A DNA stretch of 64,000 nt from Octopus sinensis. Taxonomy: Eukaryota. The stretch is taken from NCBI RefSeq assembly GCF_006345805.1, contig NC_043015.1:21080001-21144000 (forward strand), given 5' to 3'. This document shows positions 52,054-64,000 of the stretch, piece after piece. The notes beneath the pieces were generated by a model that was not told where the DNA came from, searched no databases, and was given only the letters and a program-made list of their open reading frames with translations. The translations under genes were made by a program, and so were the position numbers. Positions within the stretch are counted from its first letter, which is position 1. Each line of letters begins with the position of its first letter.

Positions 52054-52290
52054 TTAAAAGGCGGCGAGCTGGCAGAAACGTTAGCACGCCGGGCGAAATG
52101 CGTAGCCGTATTTCGTCTGCCGTTACGTTCTGAGTTCAAATTCCGCCGAGGTCGACTTTGCCTTTCATCCTTTCGGGGTCGATGAATTAAGTACCAGTTA
52201 CGCACTGGGGTCGATATAATCGACTTAATTCGTTTGTTAATCCTTGTTTGTCTCCTCTGTGTTTAGCCCCTTGTGGGTAGTAAAGAAATA
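52054..52290 (+). mobile_element. SINE family B, young full-length copy with 16-bp TSD, inserted in an antisense B copy
   Basis: TSD GGTACTTATTTAATCG at 52038-52053 and 52291-52306; the host SINE continues at 52307-52351. Confidence 0.95.
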
Positions 52291-52540
52291 GGTACTTATT
52301 TAATCGACCCGAAAGGATAAAAGGCAAAGGCGACCTTGGTGGAATTTGAATGTATGTATATAAAGGCGTAAGAGTGGTTGTGTGGTAAGTAGCTTGCTTA
52401 TCAAACATGGTTCCGGTTTCAGTCCCACTGCGGAGCACCTTGGGCAATTGTCTTCTACTATAGTCTCGGGCCGACCAAAGCTTTGTGAGTAGATTTGGTA
52501 GACAGAAACTGAAAGAAGCCCATCGTAGATATATATATAT

Positions 52541-52693
52541 AGTTAATCCAAACATGAAAACACAAAGAGAAAATACAACAACGCGAGGATGTGGAACAAA
52601 TATAGTGTTATTGGATGCTCAGGAAAGGAAAGAAAGAAGGAGGATTTAACGTTTCGAGCGGAGCTATTCGTCAGAAACATAGGAAAAGGAAAG
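52541..52693 (-). mobile_element. Short Penelope-type (retrozyme-like) element
   Basis: Homologous to 16181-16400 and flanked by (TA)n on both sides. Confidence 0.75.
52645..52678 (-). ncRNA. Minimal type-I hammerhead ribozyme motif (Penelope-type)
   Basis: Minus strand reads GTTT-CTGACGA-A-TAGC-TCC-GCTC-GAAAC-GTT-AAAT: intact CUGAnGA and GAAA boxes and palindromic ACGT stem III. The first stem-II pair is mismatched, so activity is uncertain. Confidence 0.6.
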
Positions 52694-52728
<35 letters not shown>

Positions 52729-53061
52729 ATATATATATATGTAGGTGTGTGTATATGTTTGTGTGTCTGTGTTTGTCGCGCCAACATCACTTGACAACCG
52801 ATGCTGGTGTGTTTACATCCCCATAACTTAGCGGTTCGACAAAAGAGACTGATAGAATATGTTCTGTGGTCGATTTGCTCGACTAAAGACGTTGCTCCGG
52901 CGTGGCTACAGTCAAATGACTGAAACAAGTAAAAGAGTAAAAGAATATACATATATATCTATATATGTATGTATGTATATGTATGTATGTATGTATGTAT
53001 GTATGCATATATGTTTGTGTGTATGTATATATGTATGTATATATGTATGTATGTATGTATG

Positions 53062-53092
<31 letters not shown>

Positions 53093-53142
53093 ATGTGTAT
53101 ATATACATATACACATACATACATACATACATATATATATAC

Positions 53143-53173
<31 letters not shown>

Positions 53174-53200
53174 AAAGAAGCGTCAGAAAATTTAAATATA

Positions 53201-54090
53201 CGTTGGGGTACACAAAAGTATGAGGAAAAATTTTCCATGAGACAAAACCATTGTAGTTAAGGCTTCCGCCGGTAGAAGCCACTTGATGCAACACTGGCGT
53301 CGTCGGTTGCAGTACGCATGCAACATGGTGCATTTTTGTTTCGCAGTGCTTCTTCCCTCTTCGTCGAGTTTTTGTTGATGGCCGAAACGAAAGAAGAGCG
53401 TTCTTCCGTAAATTTCTGTTTTCTGCTGGGGAAAACGGCGGGCGAAGCAGTTGTCATGTTTCAGATAGCTTACAATGACGCGGTCATGAGAAAATCACAA
53501 GTCTACAAGTGATTTCCACTCTTTAGGAATGATGTATTGTCGCATGAAGATTCATCTCTTTCGAAACGACCGTCGATCTGAACAAATGAAAACATCATGA
53601 AGATTCATGAATTGAGCTTAGAGGACTGTCACTGAACAATTGATGAACTTGTTGATATGACTGGTGTGTCCCGGAACTCCTGCCAACGAATTTTGAGCGA
53701 GGAATTGCGATTGAAAAGAGTTGCAAAATTTGTGCCGCGCATGCTCACGGAAGATCAAAAGCAGTCGCGACAGAATACGTGTCGTGAACTGAAAGAACAA
53801 CTCGAAGTTGATCCGGACCCTTTTTTTTATATTTTCGAAGGGCTTCGCTGGTGACGGAAGCTGATGCTATAGAATTTGCAGATGTAGAACAAGTGAAGAA
53901 AAAAACGTGGGAGGCGTTAAAAGGCATCACTTCGCAAAAGTTGCAGGACTGCTTCGAACAATGGAAACGCGTCTGCACCAATGCATTGCGTCAAATGAAG
54001 AATACTTTGAAGGCGATAAAAGTGTAAACATGTAAAACTAAGTGAATAAAATAACATCGCAAAATTCCGGTTTCTTTTGGGTACCCCTCG
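53201..54090 (+). mobile_element. Mariner deletion derivative with both TIRs and TA flanks
   Basis: TA|CGTTGGGGTACACAAAAG ... CTTTTGGGTACCCCTCG|TA; MAETKEERSSVNFCFLLGKT, SCQRILSEELRLKRVAKFVPRMLT, and GDGS*CY joined to EFADVEQVKKK...YFEGDK. Confidence 0.92.
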
Positions 54091-54594
54091 TAATACACAC
54101 ACACGCACGCACCCCCACACACGCATACATGTATCTATAAATAGTGTTGACAGTTATCTATGTTTGTGATCAGCCTCTCTCTCTCTCACTCTCTCTGTCT
54201 GCCTTTCTTTTTTCTGTTTCTTTATCTGCCTATATAAATGTATACTTACACACACACACACATTCACTCATTCAATATCTATATGTCTATGACTCCAGTG
54301 TAAAGCATGTGATTGGTTTGCGACGTCATTTGTCGTTTCAGTTTGGCCATCGTCATTCATTATTCATCTTTCACTGAGAAGTACAACTGGCCAGACAAGG
54401 CTGAATGTACGTCACCTTTTGGTATGGGGTTGTAATGCTTATTACCACAGACAGATAGACAAACAGACAGACACACACACACATATACTTACGCTGACAT
54501 TCACATACATTAATATACTTACATTATATACATATATTGATGTGTTTCTATATATATATATGAATGTGTATGTGCATGTACATATGTATTTTTG

Positions 54595-54642
<48 letters not shown>

Positions 54643-54664
54643 GTGTGTGTGTGTGTGTGTGTAT

Positions 54665-54775
54665 GTGTGTGTGTGTATAGATTTGAATGTAGAACTGTGT
54701 ATGTGTGTGTGTGTGTATAGATTTGTATGTAGAACTGTGTATGTGTGTGTATAGATTTGTATGTACAATTCTGTG
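54665..54775. repeat. Three-copy minisatellite GTGTATAGATTTG(T/A)ATGTA(G/C)AA in (GT)n
   Basis: Copies near 54671, 54712 and 54745. Confidence 0.8.
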
Positions 54776-56169
54776 TGTGTATGTGTGTGTAATTATAAGA
54801 TATAATATAGAATACACATGGATATATGCCTATACATACTCCAGAATACACATACACATTAGAGAAATGAAGGAGAGATCGGAGCGGATTTTGGTGAGTG
54901 AATATGAGAGAGAAAGAATAAGAAAGAGAAAGTGGGAGAGAGACAAAACATAATCAGAGCCACATGGAATGGTATGATGAGATGCAGCAATGGAATTAGA
55001 TAAATAATAAAGAAGAGAAAACGTATCCTTGTCTGACCCATTGACATCCTATTACGACACCTGACCGCTATCAATGTTCTCTCTACTATTCATACATCAC
55101 TTTCTACTGACCTTTTAGCATTTGATAATCAGTCTCCATCACCTCACATAGCTCCACCACCACCAACATCGCCGCCGTCGCCAGCAACGGCAACATCAGA
55201 ACAACAAAAGCCAGTTCAACGGCGATGTGATCGGCAGCTGCTATCACGAGAACTAACACCGCCCTCATCACTCTGTATATCTATCAACAGCACCCACTCC
55301 GGCTAAAACAGAATGACAGCCACAACACACGACTGCTATGAACTAAACAACATGCCACAATGTGGTTGCATCGGTTTGTAGTGGTATAGCTAGACTGTAT
55401 AACCCAGGGTTGTACTTTAGTTTGTTTCCCTCTTTTACAAACTTAGACCAGAGACGAAAAGTTATTGCTCGGGCGGACTGGTCCCATCACACTCCTAGTT
55501 GTGCTTCTGTCCCTTCCTACAAATAAAGAATACCACATTGTCTAATTTAAACCGGGTTATGATTGGATCTCGGTTGAACTTGACGATGACTAGCTAAGAT
55601 GTTTCCTTTTTGCCAATCTCGATTTCGATCCTATTAGGTAACATCTTGGACAAATATTTTCCTTTTTTATTCAACTAAAAAAATCTCTTGAACGAGTTAA
55701 CAAGACAGTTGTTGAGTATTCCCTGAACACAACTTCAAATAACGTAATTTTCAGGCAGACACTTTAGCGTGACACAATATTTGACAAAGATAGATCTTTG
55801 AATTGCAGTTACAATACAGCCCACGGGCATCAGCACTGTTTCCATTAATCTAATTTCTCTTACAGTCCAGGGCCAACCCAAAACAATCTTAAAGGATACA
55901 AGTTTGTCTGCGTTGCCACCCAGTTGGAAAGGGCGTGTGATTTGCGAAGCGAAATTCTTACGAATTTGGTCATACTGCTTTGTTATGGTAAGGAGTAAGT
56001 TGTATTTTAAATCAATGGCTTGGTCAAGGCTGGAAAGTCATTTTATAATACGTGTGCTGGATCAAAGCTAACAATAATTTATAACATAAATTATGACCTC
56101 CAGGAACTGTATCATCTACTATCATTTCCGAAACAACACTATTTAAATGACCTATATTAATTTCCCACA

Positions 56170-56730
56170 GATCATATATTCTTCGGTTTTCTAATCAAAA
56201 ATAACAACTATCTCACCATCAATGTTCCAACAGATTTGGAGACTTTAAAGAAACTGCCTACGATGATGCAAACAGAAAACACTTTTGAAAACCGCTATAC
56301 TCAGCACATGCACTCCTTCAAATCCGAAGTAAATTATCTCAACATTACTGACCCAACAGATCTGAAAACTTAAATTCAAAAGCAAAGCCCTATTTAGATC
56401 TCATAGAAAATGCCTTTGTGACCCTCTATACACCGCATATACAAATCTTCAAATCCAAAGACAATAACCTCAATATTACCGTCTCAACGGACCTGGAAGT
56501 TCAGAAATATTTAAGTTCAAAACTCTAAGCTAACGCGACACTAGATTGCAGGAACATATCAATCCATAGCCGCGAAGCAACACATGGCCACCTGGATATG
56601 AAAGATGAGATGTTATTCACCTGAATCGCAGAGAGAACATAATTTGTCTTAAACGGATCCAGGTCCCTGACAGACTGAGTCATCACTCAAATTGATTGAC
56701 AGTTAATTGAAACGACCAGAGCAATATCCT
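56170..56730 (+). mobile_element. Possible Penelope-like GIY-YIG endonuclease remnant
   Basis: IIYSSVF followed by TENTFENRYTQHMHSFKSE (56272-56330; cf. YIG.TE..FK.RY..H..SF). Confidence 0.45.
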
Positions 56731-57761
56731 CTTGAAACAAAGGAAAACTCAATTATGCGGACCAATAAAAATAAATCATGAATGGAGATATATATAAACA
56801 CGTGTGTGTGTTATTGACCTTATAAGAATTTAGAAACTTCGTGGCCTTGAAATAATTCATTTTGGAAATATGAATCTCGAAGCAGATAAAGCAATAAGTA
56901 ATAGTATGTAAATATTGGGATACAACCTGTTCTATAAAAACAGCTAAAGATTTCCCGTGGACCAAAACAATCCTTCGAATTTCTATTTACATATAAATAT
57001 ACTCATATATATACATATATACATAAGCACAGATATATATATATATATATATATATGTTTGTATGTGTGTGTGTGTGTGTATGTGTGTGTGTGTGTGTGC
57101 CTCTCTGTGCATGTATGCTTGTGTATATTACGCAAACAGTAGATATGAGTGAAATATATCATTGCCAAAATCTTTATATACATTATGAATAACATTTTAT
57201 TCATTTCGTGTAATTCTTCAACTAATATATTTTTGTACCATAAGACTTATTGAAAAACATAAGAGATTCATAAAAGATAAAGTCGAACACATTTCTGTCG
57301 TTCAACTCTCACTCTCTCCTCTTCTGTGTGTGTGTGTGTGTGTATTAGTAAACCTATACTATAGTAAGCATATACTAATGTTTGTTTTATGTTCAGTTAT
57401 AATAAAACCAATTTTACATTTATCTGATGAGCAACTCGATACGTTTGTAGAGTACACATTTATCATTCTTAAACAAGAATATTATTGACAGTGACTTCAA
57501 AAACTCAGTGCAACAAAGAAAGATAGATTATCAGATCACCAGAAAATCGTGGTTACAACAATTCGATGAATCTGCAATGGTATTGTATATTGTCGAGCAT
57601 GTAAGTTAATGCAAACATTTTAGCGTAATTTCATCCCTACTGACATTAGAAGTGCATGAAGAAGGCTGCCGAAACGAGCCCTAAGGATGCCAAGAGTTTG
57701 AATACATCCTGACGCTTTATGGTTTACACACACACACACACACACACATGCACACACACAT

Positions 57762-57829
<68 letters not shown>

Positions 57830-57915
57830 GTATGTATTTATGTGTGTATGTGTGTGTTTGCGCGCATACACACACGCATTTGAATGTGTATGTACATAGA
57901 CAGAGACACACACAT

Positions 57916-58298
57916 CGTGGCGTTCCGTCGGTTGCGACGACGACGGTTCCATTTGATCGGATCAACGGAACAGCCTACTCGTGAAATTAACTTGCAAGTG
58001 GCTGAGTATTCCACAGACACGTATACCCTTAACGTAGTTCTTGGGGAGATTCAGCGTGATACAGAGTGTGACAAGGCTGGTCCTTTGGAATACAGGTACA
58101 ACAGAAACAGGAAAAAAACAGTTAGAGAAAGTTGTGGTGAAAGAGTATAGCAGGGTTCGCCACCACCCATGCCAGAGCCTCGTGGAGCTTTAAGAATTTT
58201 CGCTCAATAAACTCTTACAACGCTCGGTCTGGGAATCGAAACCGTGATCCTATGACTGCGAGTCCTCTGCCCTAACCACTGGGCCATTGCGCCTCCAC
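57916..58298 (-). mobile_element. SINE family C, head type 1
   Basis: Minus-strand head GTGGAGGCGCAATGGCCCAGTGGTTAGGGCAG...GGTTTCGATTCCC (tRNA-like); tail shared with 22346 and 48811. Confidence 0.9.
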
Positions 58299-59685
58299 AC
58301 ACACACACACATATATATATAGAGAGAGAAGGAGAGAGACAGAAAGATTGAAATTATTTACGTATGACATACATGTTTTAGTGAATAAATGTACGCAATG
58401 ATTTATCACTGCGCAATTGTCACTTTGCGAACGGTTGCATATCCTGTTGCGCCGTGGATATCTCAATAGGTTTCTCTAAAACCGTTCTTGAGGCGTTGTG
58501 TAAATGCTCAATATTATAGAGACTTGAAAAGGGATCGTTGTTGCAGAAAGTTTGAAAATTAAAGAATCGGTTCTGTTGAAACAGTTGTAGAGTCTGGAGG
58601 GGTTGGTTATATCAGTGCTAAATAAAGAAATACAGCAACATGAGCAAGATCACAGAAACAGATCTTGATTGGTTGCAGTAGGGAGGAATATTTTAGCATA
58701 AGTAATAAGCGCTGTCTGAGAAGGAGTGGGTGGCATGGTTTCAATAATGTGTGCGAGGTAAGTGGTCGGTTTGAAAGATTCGTAATACGCATGATATAAT
58801 GTGGTAGCGTGTTTGTTAGGTGGTTATCAAGTGAGAGAGAACAGGAAATGAGAATATGGCGTCGAGTAAAAAAATCGGGATTTGCGTTTGAGATTTTGGT
58901 TCAAAATCATGCTCGTGCCTACAGATTTGTTCAAGTCGGAATTATTAGTAAGAATCACTGTTTTGTATGGCTGAGATTTAGATACAGTAAGATTCTAAAA
59001 AGTGGTTTTCGTAATGGAAGTGATAGGGATAGACAGTGAGATTGAGGTAAACATAGTTTAAACATTTGTGGGATATGAATAAGCTAAATGTTAAAGCGAG
59101 GCAAAAAGATCAACGTTATTTTGTTTACAAAAGACAGAGGTGGCTACGATGACGTGGTTTTCTAATGACCATAGAAATTAATGACCTGAAGACCAGTTAG
59201 TTGTGAGGACGATTGTTTCAACATGGCTGACGGATGGTTGTCATTCATAGCAGCCATCATTATACACATAACTATCCCACAGATATTGTGTTAGAACGAT
59301 TATTGTGGATAATTGATATGCTCGGTTGGACTTAAAAGGTAGCTGAGTGGGAAGGCGAAGAAATGTTTGTAAAGTGAAATGATGCACAGAGGAAATACTG
59401 TTTATAATGACCGATAGCGGATATTTGCATGGATATTAATCTAAATGTCAAACTGTCATACAAGTACACATGAATACATATTTAATGGTAGTTTACGTAA
59501 TTTAATATCTAATTAGAGAATTTCTAAATATGGACAGATCCTGCGAGAATAAATTATATATACATATATATATATTATATATATATATAATATAATATAA
59601 ATAATATATAAATATATACATATATATATATATATACATATATGTACATATCTACATATATATGTATATATACATGCATATATGG

Positions 59686-59754
<69 letters not shown>

Positions 59755-59863
59755 TATATTTGTGTGTGTGAGTTGTTATATATATAAAGTATATATATAT
59801 AAAATACAGATATAAATTGTATATATATATAAAGAGAGAGAGAGAGAGAGTGTGTATATATTT

Positions 59864-59899
<36 letters not shown>

Positions 59900-60217
59900 C
59901 ACATACACAAATGCATTGTTAAAAGGGGAAGAGAGAATGGTAGGCAAAGTGTGTGTATATTATATTGGAAGCTGGAGCAGCCCGCGAGCTATTATTAGGC
60001 TTTCATGTTTCCAATTGTTGTTTAGATTTTAATGCTTTCATTAATTGTTTTTCTAATTACTTGGTTTAGTCACTGTACTGTACAACCTTGAATATAACGA
60101 ATCCACCCCAGTTCTTATTTTAGAATCTGGTTCTCATGCTATCAGTTCTTTTTCCAAAGCACTATTGAGTCATAAAGGAGCTAACACCGGTTATCAGACG
60201 ATAGTTGTGGACAAACA

Positions 60218-60285
<68 letters not shown>

Positions 60286-60288
<3 letters not shown>

Positions 60289-60567
60289 TATCACCACCGC
60301 CTTAGCGAAGGCAGAGGTATTTTTTTCAGTCGAGTTTGTCCGTGATCAAGATCGATCCAGTACCGGACAAGGATTCTAGATTATTTTTCCTGTTTTATTT
60401 TTACTTAATTTTTGAGAGTGGTCGGGTTCATTTTTACTATTCTCGTTTGTGAGAGTAGTCGAGTTTATTTCAGATATACTCATTAAAAAAAAAACATCTC
60501 TGGTTAATCGCTGAGAGAACGTTGGTGTTGCCTTGGCGGAGGTTTGCCTTCACTGAGTGCTTTTGTT
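60286..60567 (+). mobile_element. Helentron-associated / DINE-1-like non-autonomous element
   Basis: 5' subterminal ACCACCGCCTT-AGCG-AAGGCAGAGGT hairpin, 3' subterminal inverted copy CCTTGGCGGAGGT (60531-60543), then a small 3' hairpin GCCTTCACTGAGTGC; T-rich flanks. Confidence 0.7.
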
Positions 60568-60592
60568 GTTGTTATTATTGTTATTATTATTA

Positions 60593-60643
<51 letters not shown>

Positions 60644-61109
60644 CATTATTATTATTATTAAATACATATACTAAGGTATATGCTTTGGCTATTTTGCGGT
60701 GGGTGCAATCGCGTGGCGCAATATATAACTCTCATGTCACCGGTATGAAAACACCATAGTCATGGACAAGCGAGATAACTCACGCTCAATCCAAGTTGGG
60801 ACAAATGGACATCGATGTTTCACCATTTTGTGGCTTTTCAACAGCTTTTCAACATCAGCTACTCGCCAAGGTTCAAGGTGAGTCACCTAGACAGTCTAAC
60901 GTGTTATATGCTCATGAATTGTAAAATCACGAGTTGGAATGCCCGGAAATTGCACACAGCAGAAAATTTACATATGAATTAAAAGGAGCTTTAGTGTAAT
61001 GAATACTATTAAATAAATACTTTGTGTATTTTTCAGTGGCTGTAATGAGGTAGCAGAGTATATAACTCTCATATATTTGGGTGGGCTATATATGCATATA
61101 TAAATGCAT

Positions 61110-61270
61110 ATATTGTTTCTCTCCTTGTTTCTTTCTGTGTTCCTTTCTGTGGAGGAGCGTAGGCTCGAAACGTTAAAGACTTTTTCCATTCCCGAACGTT
61201 ATACTAATACATCTGTTTGTTCTCTACACCACCTGTCTTCGTCTTTTGTTTTTTTTTAAATTCTCCCTAT
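61110..61270 (+). mobile_element. Short element with a hammerhead-like motif, ending at (TA)n
   Basis: CTTT-CTGTGGA-G-GAGC-GTAG-GCTC-GAAAC-GTT-AAAG at 61143-61178; the core has A6 changed to U. Confidence 0.6.
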
Positions 61271-61743
61271 ATATATATTTATATATATGTGTATATGTAA
61301 TATGTATGTGTATATATGTGCATATATAAATGTATATATCGATATGTATAATTGTATGTATACATATGTATATATATATATATATATATAGCAATGTGTA
61401 TGTGTTCCGAATAGGCAAATTGTTACCGAAATGCATTGCGAATAAGCCCGCCATTTTCATAGATATGTAAAGATAAACATTCGTACATGCTACGACGAAT
61501 TCTACGGTTGGCTGTCGGGTATGCTATATTGTGTTTTTTCCTTACGTGTCTTGAGTTCGTTGCACTGAAGAGCATAGAATGCATATTCTGCATTGATTGC
61601 GAAATCACAGGTGATATGTAACTAAATTCTGTTTTTAAATTACTTACTTTGAAGTTTTGCATTCGGCACAATTTGTTTATTTTAGTAGTTTTGACTGCAA
61701 GAGTCCCTCCTAGCGTGCGGTACCTATGAATAATAGTACCCTC

Positions 61744-61790
<47 letters not shown>

Positions 61791-64000
61791 TACATACATT
61801 TATACCTACGTAACTACCTACCTACATATATACATACCTACATATATACAGACATACAGTCAAACATGCATACACATATATATTTCTGCATGCGAAACAC
61901 TATACATGTAGTGAATTTCCTTTTTCCGCATGAGTTTGATCACTTTATCTTTTATATAATTAATGCTACATAGGTTCTAACTTTCTCTTATTTCATTGCG
62001 ATCAATGCAGCCCTTCTTTACACAAAATCTATATTAAGGTTCGTGTGTACGTGCGCCCTGTCAGAGACTCCACCCAAATATCTGAATAAGAATCAGAAAG
62101 TATATATCAATGCAAAAACACATGTATGTATGTATGTTCGTATGTATACATGCGAATATGTATGTGTGTGTATGTTCATATGTATGCATATATATATATA
62201 TATATATATATATGTTCGTGTGCTTGTGCCGCGATGAAACTCTTTGCGTGGCATCAACTCCCACATTGCTTCTTGACCAATTTCTGAATCACGCGCATAC
62301 ATAGACATACGAACCATACCACACTCATGCATATACACGCACACACACATGCACACATACACACACACGCACGCACACTCAATAGAACGGGAAACGTAAA
62401 AATTAATAATTCATTCCTCTTATCAATTTCATCGTAACCATGGCCAACAGATCAAAGACATAAGAATCGCTAGAATCAGATTACTTCAAAAGTTTCTGGC
62501 GTTACTTAACGTAAATTCGCACGACGAATGTGAACAGATATTTTCAGGCATCTATTACTCCGTTTAGACCGAGATTTGTAACAAAGATGTCGTTATTATC
62601 CCAAGGGGACAACAATATCTTCTACTTCATATCAAATCGTAACAGATGTCCATTCCTTTTATCTACATGTTTTTCCAATATCGTTGTCTTTTTGATAAGG
62701 AAATTAAATATTTTTGCCGCAGGCACAATTTCTACTTTATATACATACTTACATACATACATACAAAACATACATATGTACAGATATTTACTTACATGCA
62801 TACATATATTCTCAAACACATAAATAGAACACTACGTTGACATTATCGGAGATGAAGCGTGACATCAACATCACCTGCTACTATTACGCTGTCTATCACT
62901 GAAGCTGACCGCTGTGTCAGGCCGCCATATATCGAAGGTAACTGACAAAATCCTGTAAGCGAATCTAGGAATAACATTGACAATGAGAACGACGAGTAGA
63001 AATATATGAAGAACATTCTAAATGAAGTCTTTGAAGTGAAACAAAATTTAAACCAAAACTTTGGGAAATGCGATATCTAACAAACCCCTCAAAAATAATC
63101 TGCGTTTAATGAGGCTTAAGAAAATCGAGTAGAAATCTTTTCAATGCTGTTAAGATTTTGTTTTTATTAATGTCGGTAGAGATGACTTCTAAATGATTGC
63201 AAAACATTACATTGGAAAGGTTGAAGGATGGAAGGAAGAAAGGTTGAAGGATAAAGGAAAGTTTGAAGGAGGATGGAAAGTTTGAAGAATGAAAAAAGGG
63301 CCTACGTTGGTTTTGAAAATTGAGAGAAAATTGATTAGTATACGGAGGATAATCCATATCATACACCAACGGATAAACAAATGCATTGAATAAACGGTGG
63401 AAAATGAAATAGAAATACTGTTTGGAAAAAAAATTGTTACAACTCAAATAGCAAAAAGCTCCCGCATAAGAGTAGAGTAGCTAAAAATAAAACTATTAAT
63501 ACAAATTTTGACTGAAAGCAATCAGTTGTATATAGAAATATGAGAGAACAATCAATAACTGTAGCAAAGTCTTTGTTCCAGAAAGACTCAGTCATTCTGG
63601 AGAAGGAAGTTTAATTAGAGTGCAGGAAAGTGAGAAGAAATACGGAATATATATTACCTTTGTATAGAACCAAAATTCTACAATTTGGTGAGATCGTGAC
63701 ACTGTGGTTCAAACAGTTCAGGATGCAAAAAGACCAGCAATGGACTTCATTGTCGGATTCTGATATTAAAAAGAAAATAATAGTAATGAAGTTTTTATTT
63801 ATGGTGAGAAAAGAGGGAGAATTCACTATCGCTGCAAGTAGAGGATTGAAATCATTTTAGTGCATGTATTTGATGGTGCACCGATGGACGAAGATATGCT
63901 GCGATCATCGCATCGTTGAAATAGAAACTTGAAGTCCTGTATGTGATTCTCTAACACACACACATCCACACATACAAGTATATATATATATGGAATGAGA

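Larger units (their letters stand above)
52364..52946 (+). mobile_element. SINE family A with a nested hammerhead-type element
   Basis: Near-consensus halves interrupted at the internal (TA)n. Confidence 0.93.

Noticed and set aside
55135-55308. Pro/Ser/Thr-rich open frame (SPSPHIAPPPPTSPPSPATATSEQQ...)
   Set aside because: It is explained by degenerate CCA/CAA/GCC trinucleotide repeats, has a weak acceptor and ends in a stop with no recognisable domain.
58215-58298. tRNA-like sequence (also the heads of SINE-A and SINE-B)
   Set aside because: A/B boxes are present but there is no complete cloverleaf or acceptor stem, and it continues into a SINE body.
58480-59480. Possible old Penelope-like fragment on the minus strand
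   Set aside because: Scattered weak similarities in inconsistent frames; needs a frameshift-aware HMM search.
60750-60885. Strong donor AAG|GTGAGT with short open frames upstream
   Set aside because: No convincing acceptor and no recognisable peptide; isolated donor matches are expected by chance.
62900-63900. Purine-rich, LINE-like stretch
   Set aside because: No diagnostic motif recovered in any frame.
1-64000. Most ORFs in the six-frame track (YIYI, THTH, CVCV, SLSL, ERER, IIII types, up to 239 aa)
   Set aside because: They are translations of stop-free microsatellites or SINE bodies with no protein-like complexity.

Overview
Gene-poor, extremely repeat-dense animal genomic DNA. It is very probably Octopus, judged from memory by the SINE families and the (TA)n/(CA)n/(CT)n/(AAT)n load; no database search was run. 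I find no host protein-coding gene, tRNA, rRNA or CRISPR array, and nearly all ORFs in the track are microsatellite or SINE translations. Contents: (1) dozens of tRNA-derived SINEs in three groups, with local labels A (CORE-like box plus internal microsatellite), B (Meta-like domain) and C (two heads sharing one tail); (2) decayed retroelement fragments (RTE RT twice, a Rex3-like RTE 3' end, an R4/Dong-type endonuclease end, Penelope RT and GIY-YIG pieces); (3) DNA-transposon relics (two mariners sharing one internal deletion, a mini-mariner, a Tc1/mariner C-terminus, a Chapaev3-like transposase, Tigger-like and hAT-like MITEs, a Helentron/DINE-like element, a foldback element); (4) several short elements carrying Penelope-type minimal hammerhead-ribozyme motifs. 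Most notable: hammerhead-bearing elements inserted, apparently independently, at the same point in the internal (TA)n of two family-A SINEs; a GGTA target preference of SINE-B that would explain its head-to-tail multimers; a SINE-mediated duplication with a chimeric middle copy; and a 139-bp direct repeat around a Penelope fragment that shares a breakpoint with a SINE insertion. Coordinates were read by eye and the ends of decayed elements are approximate.
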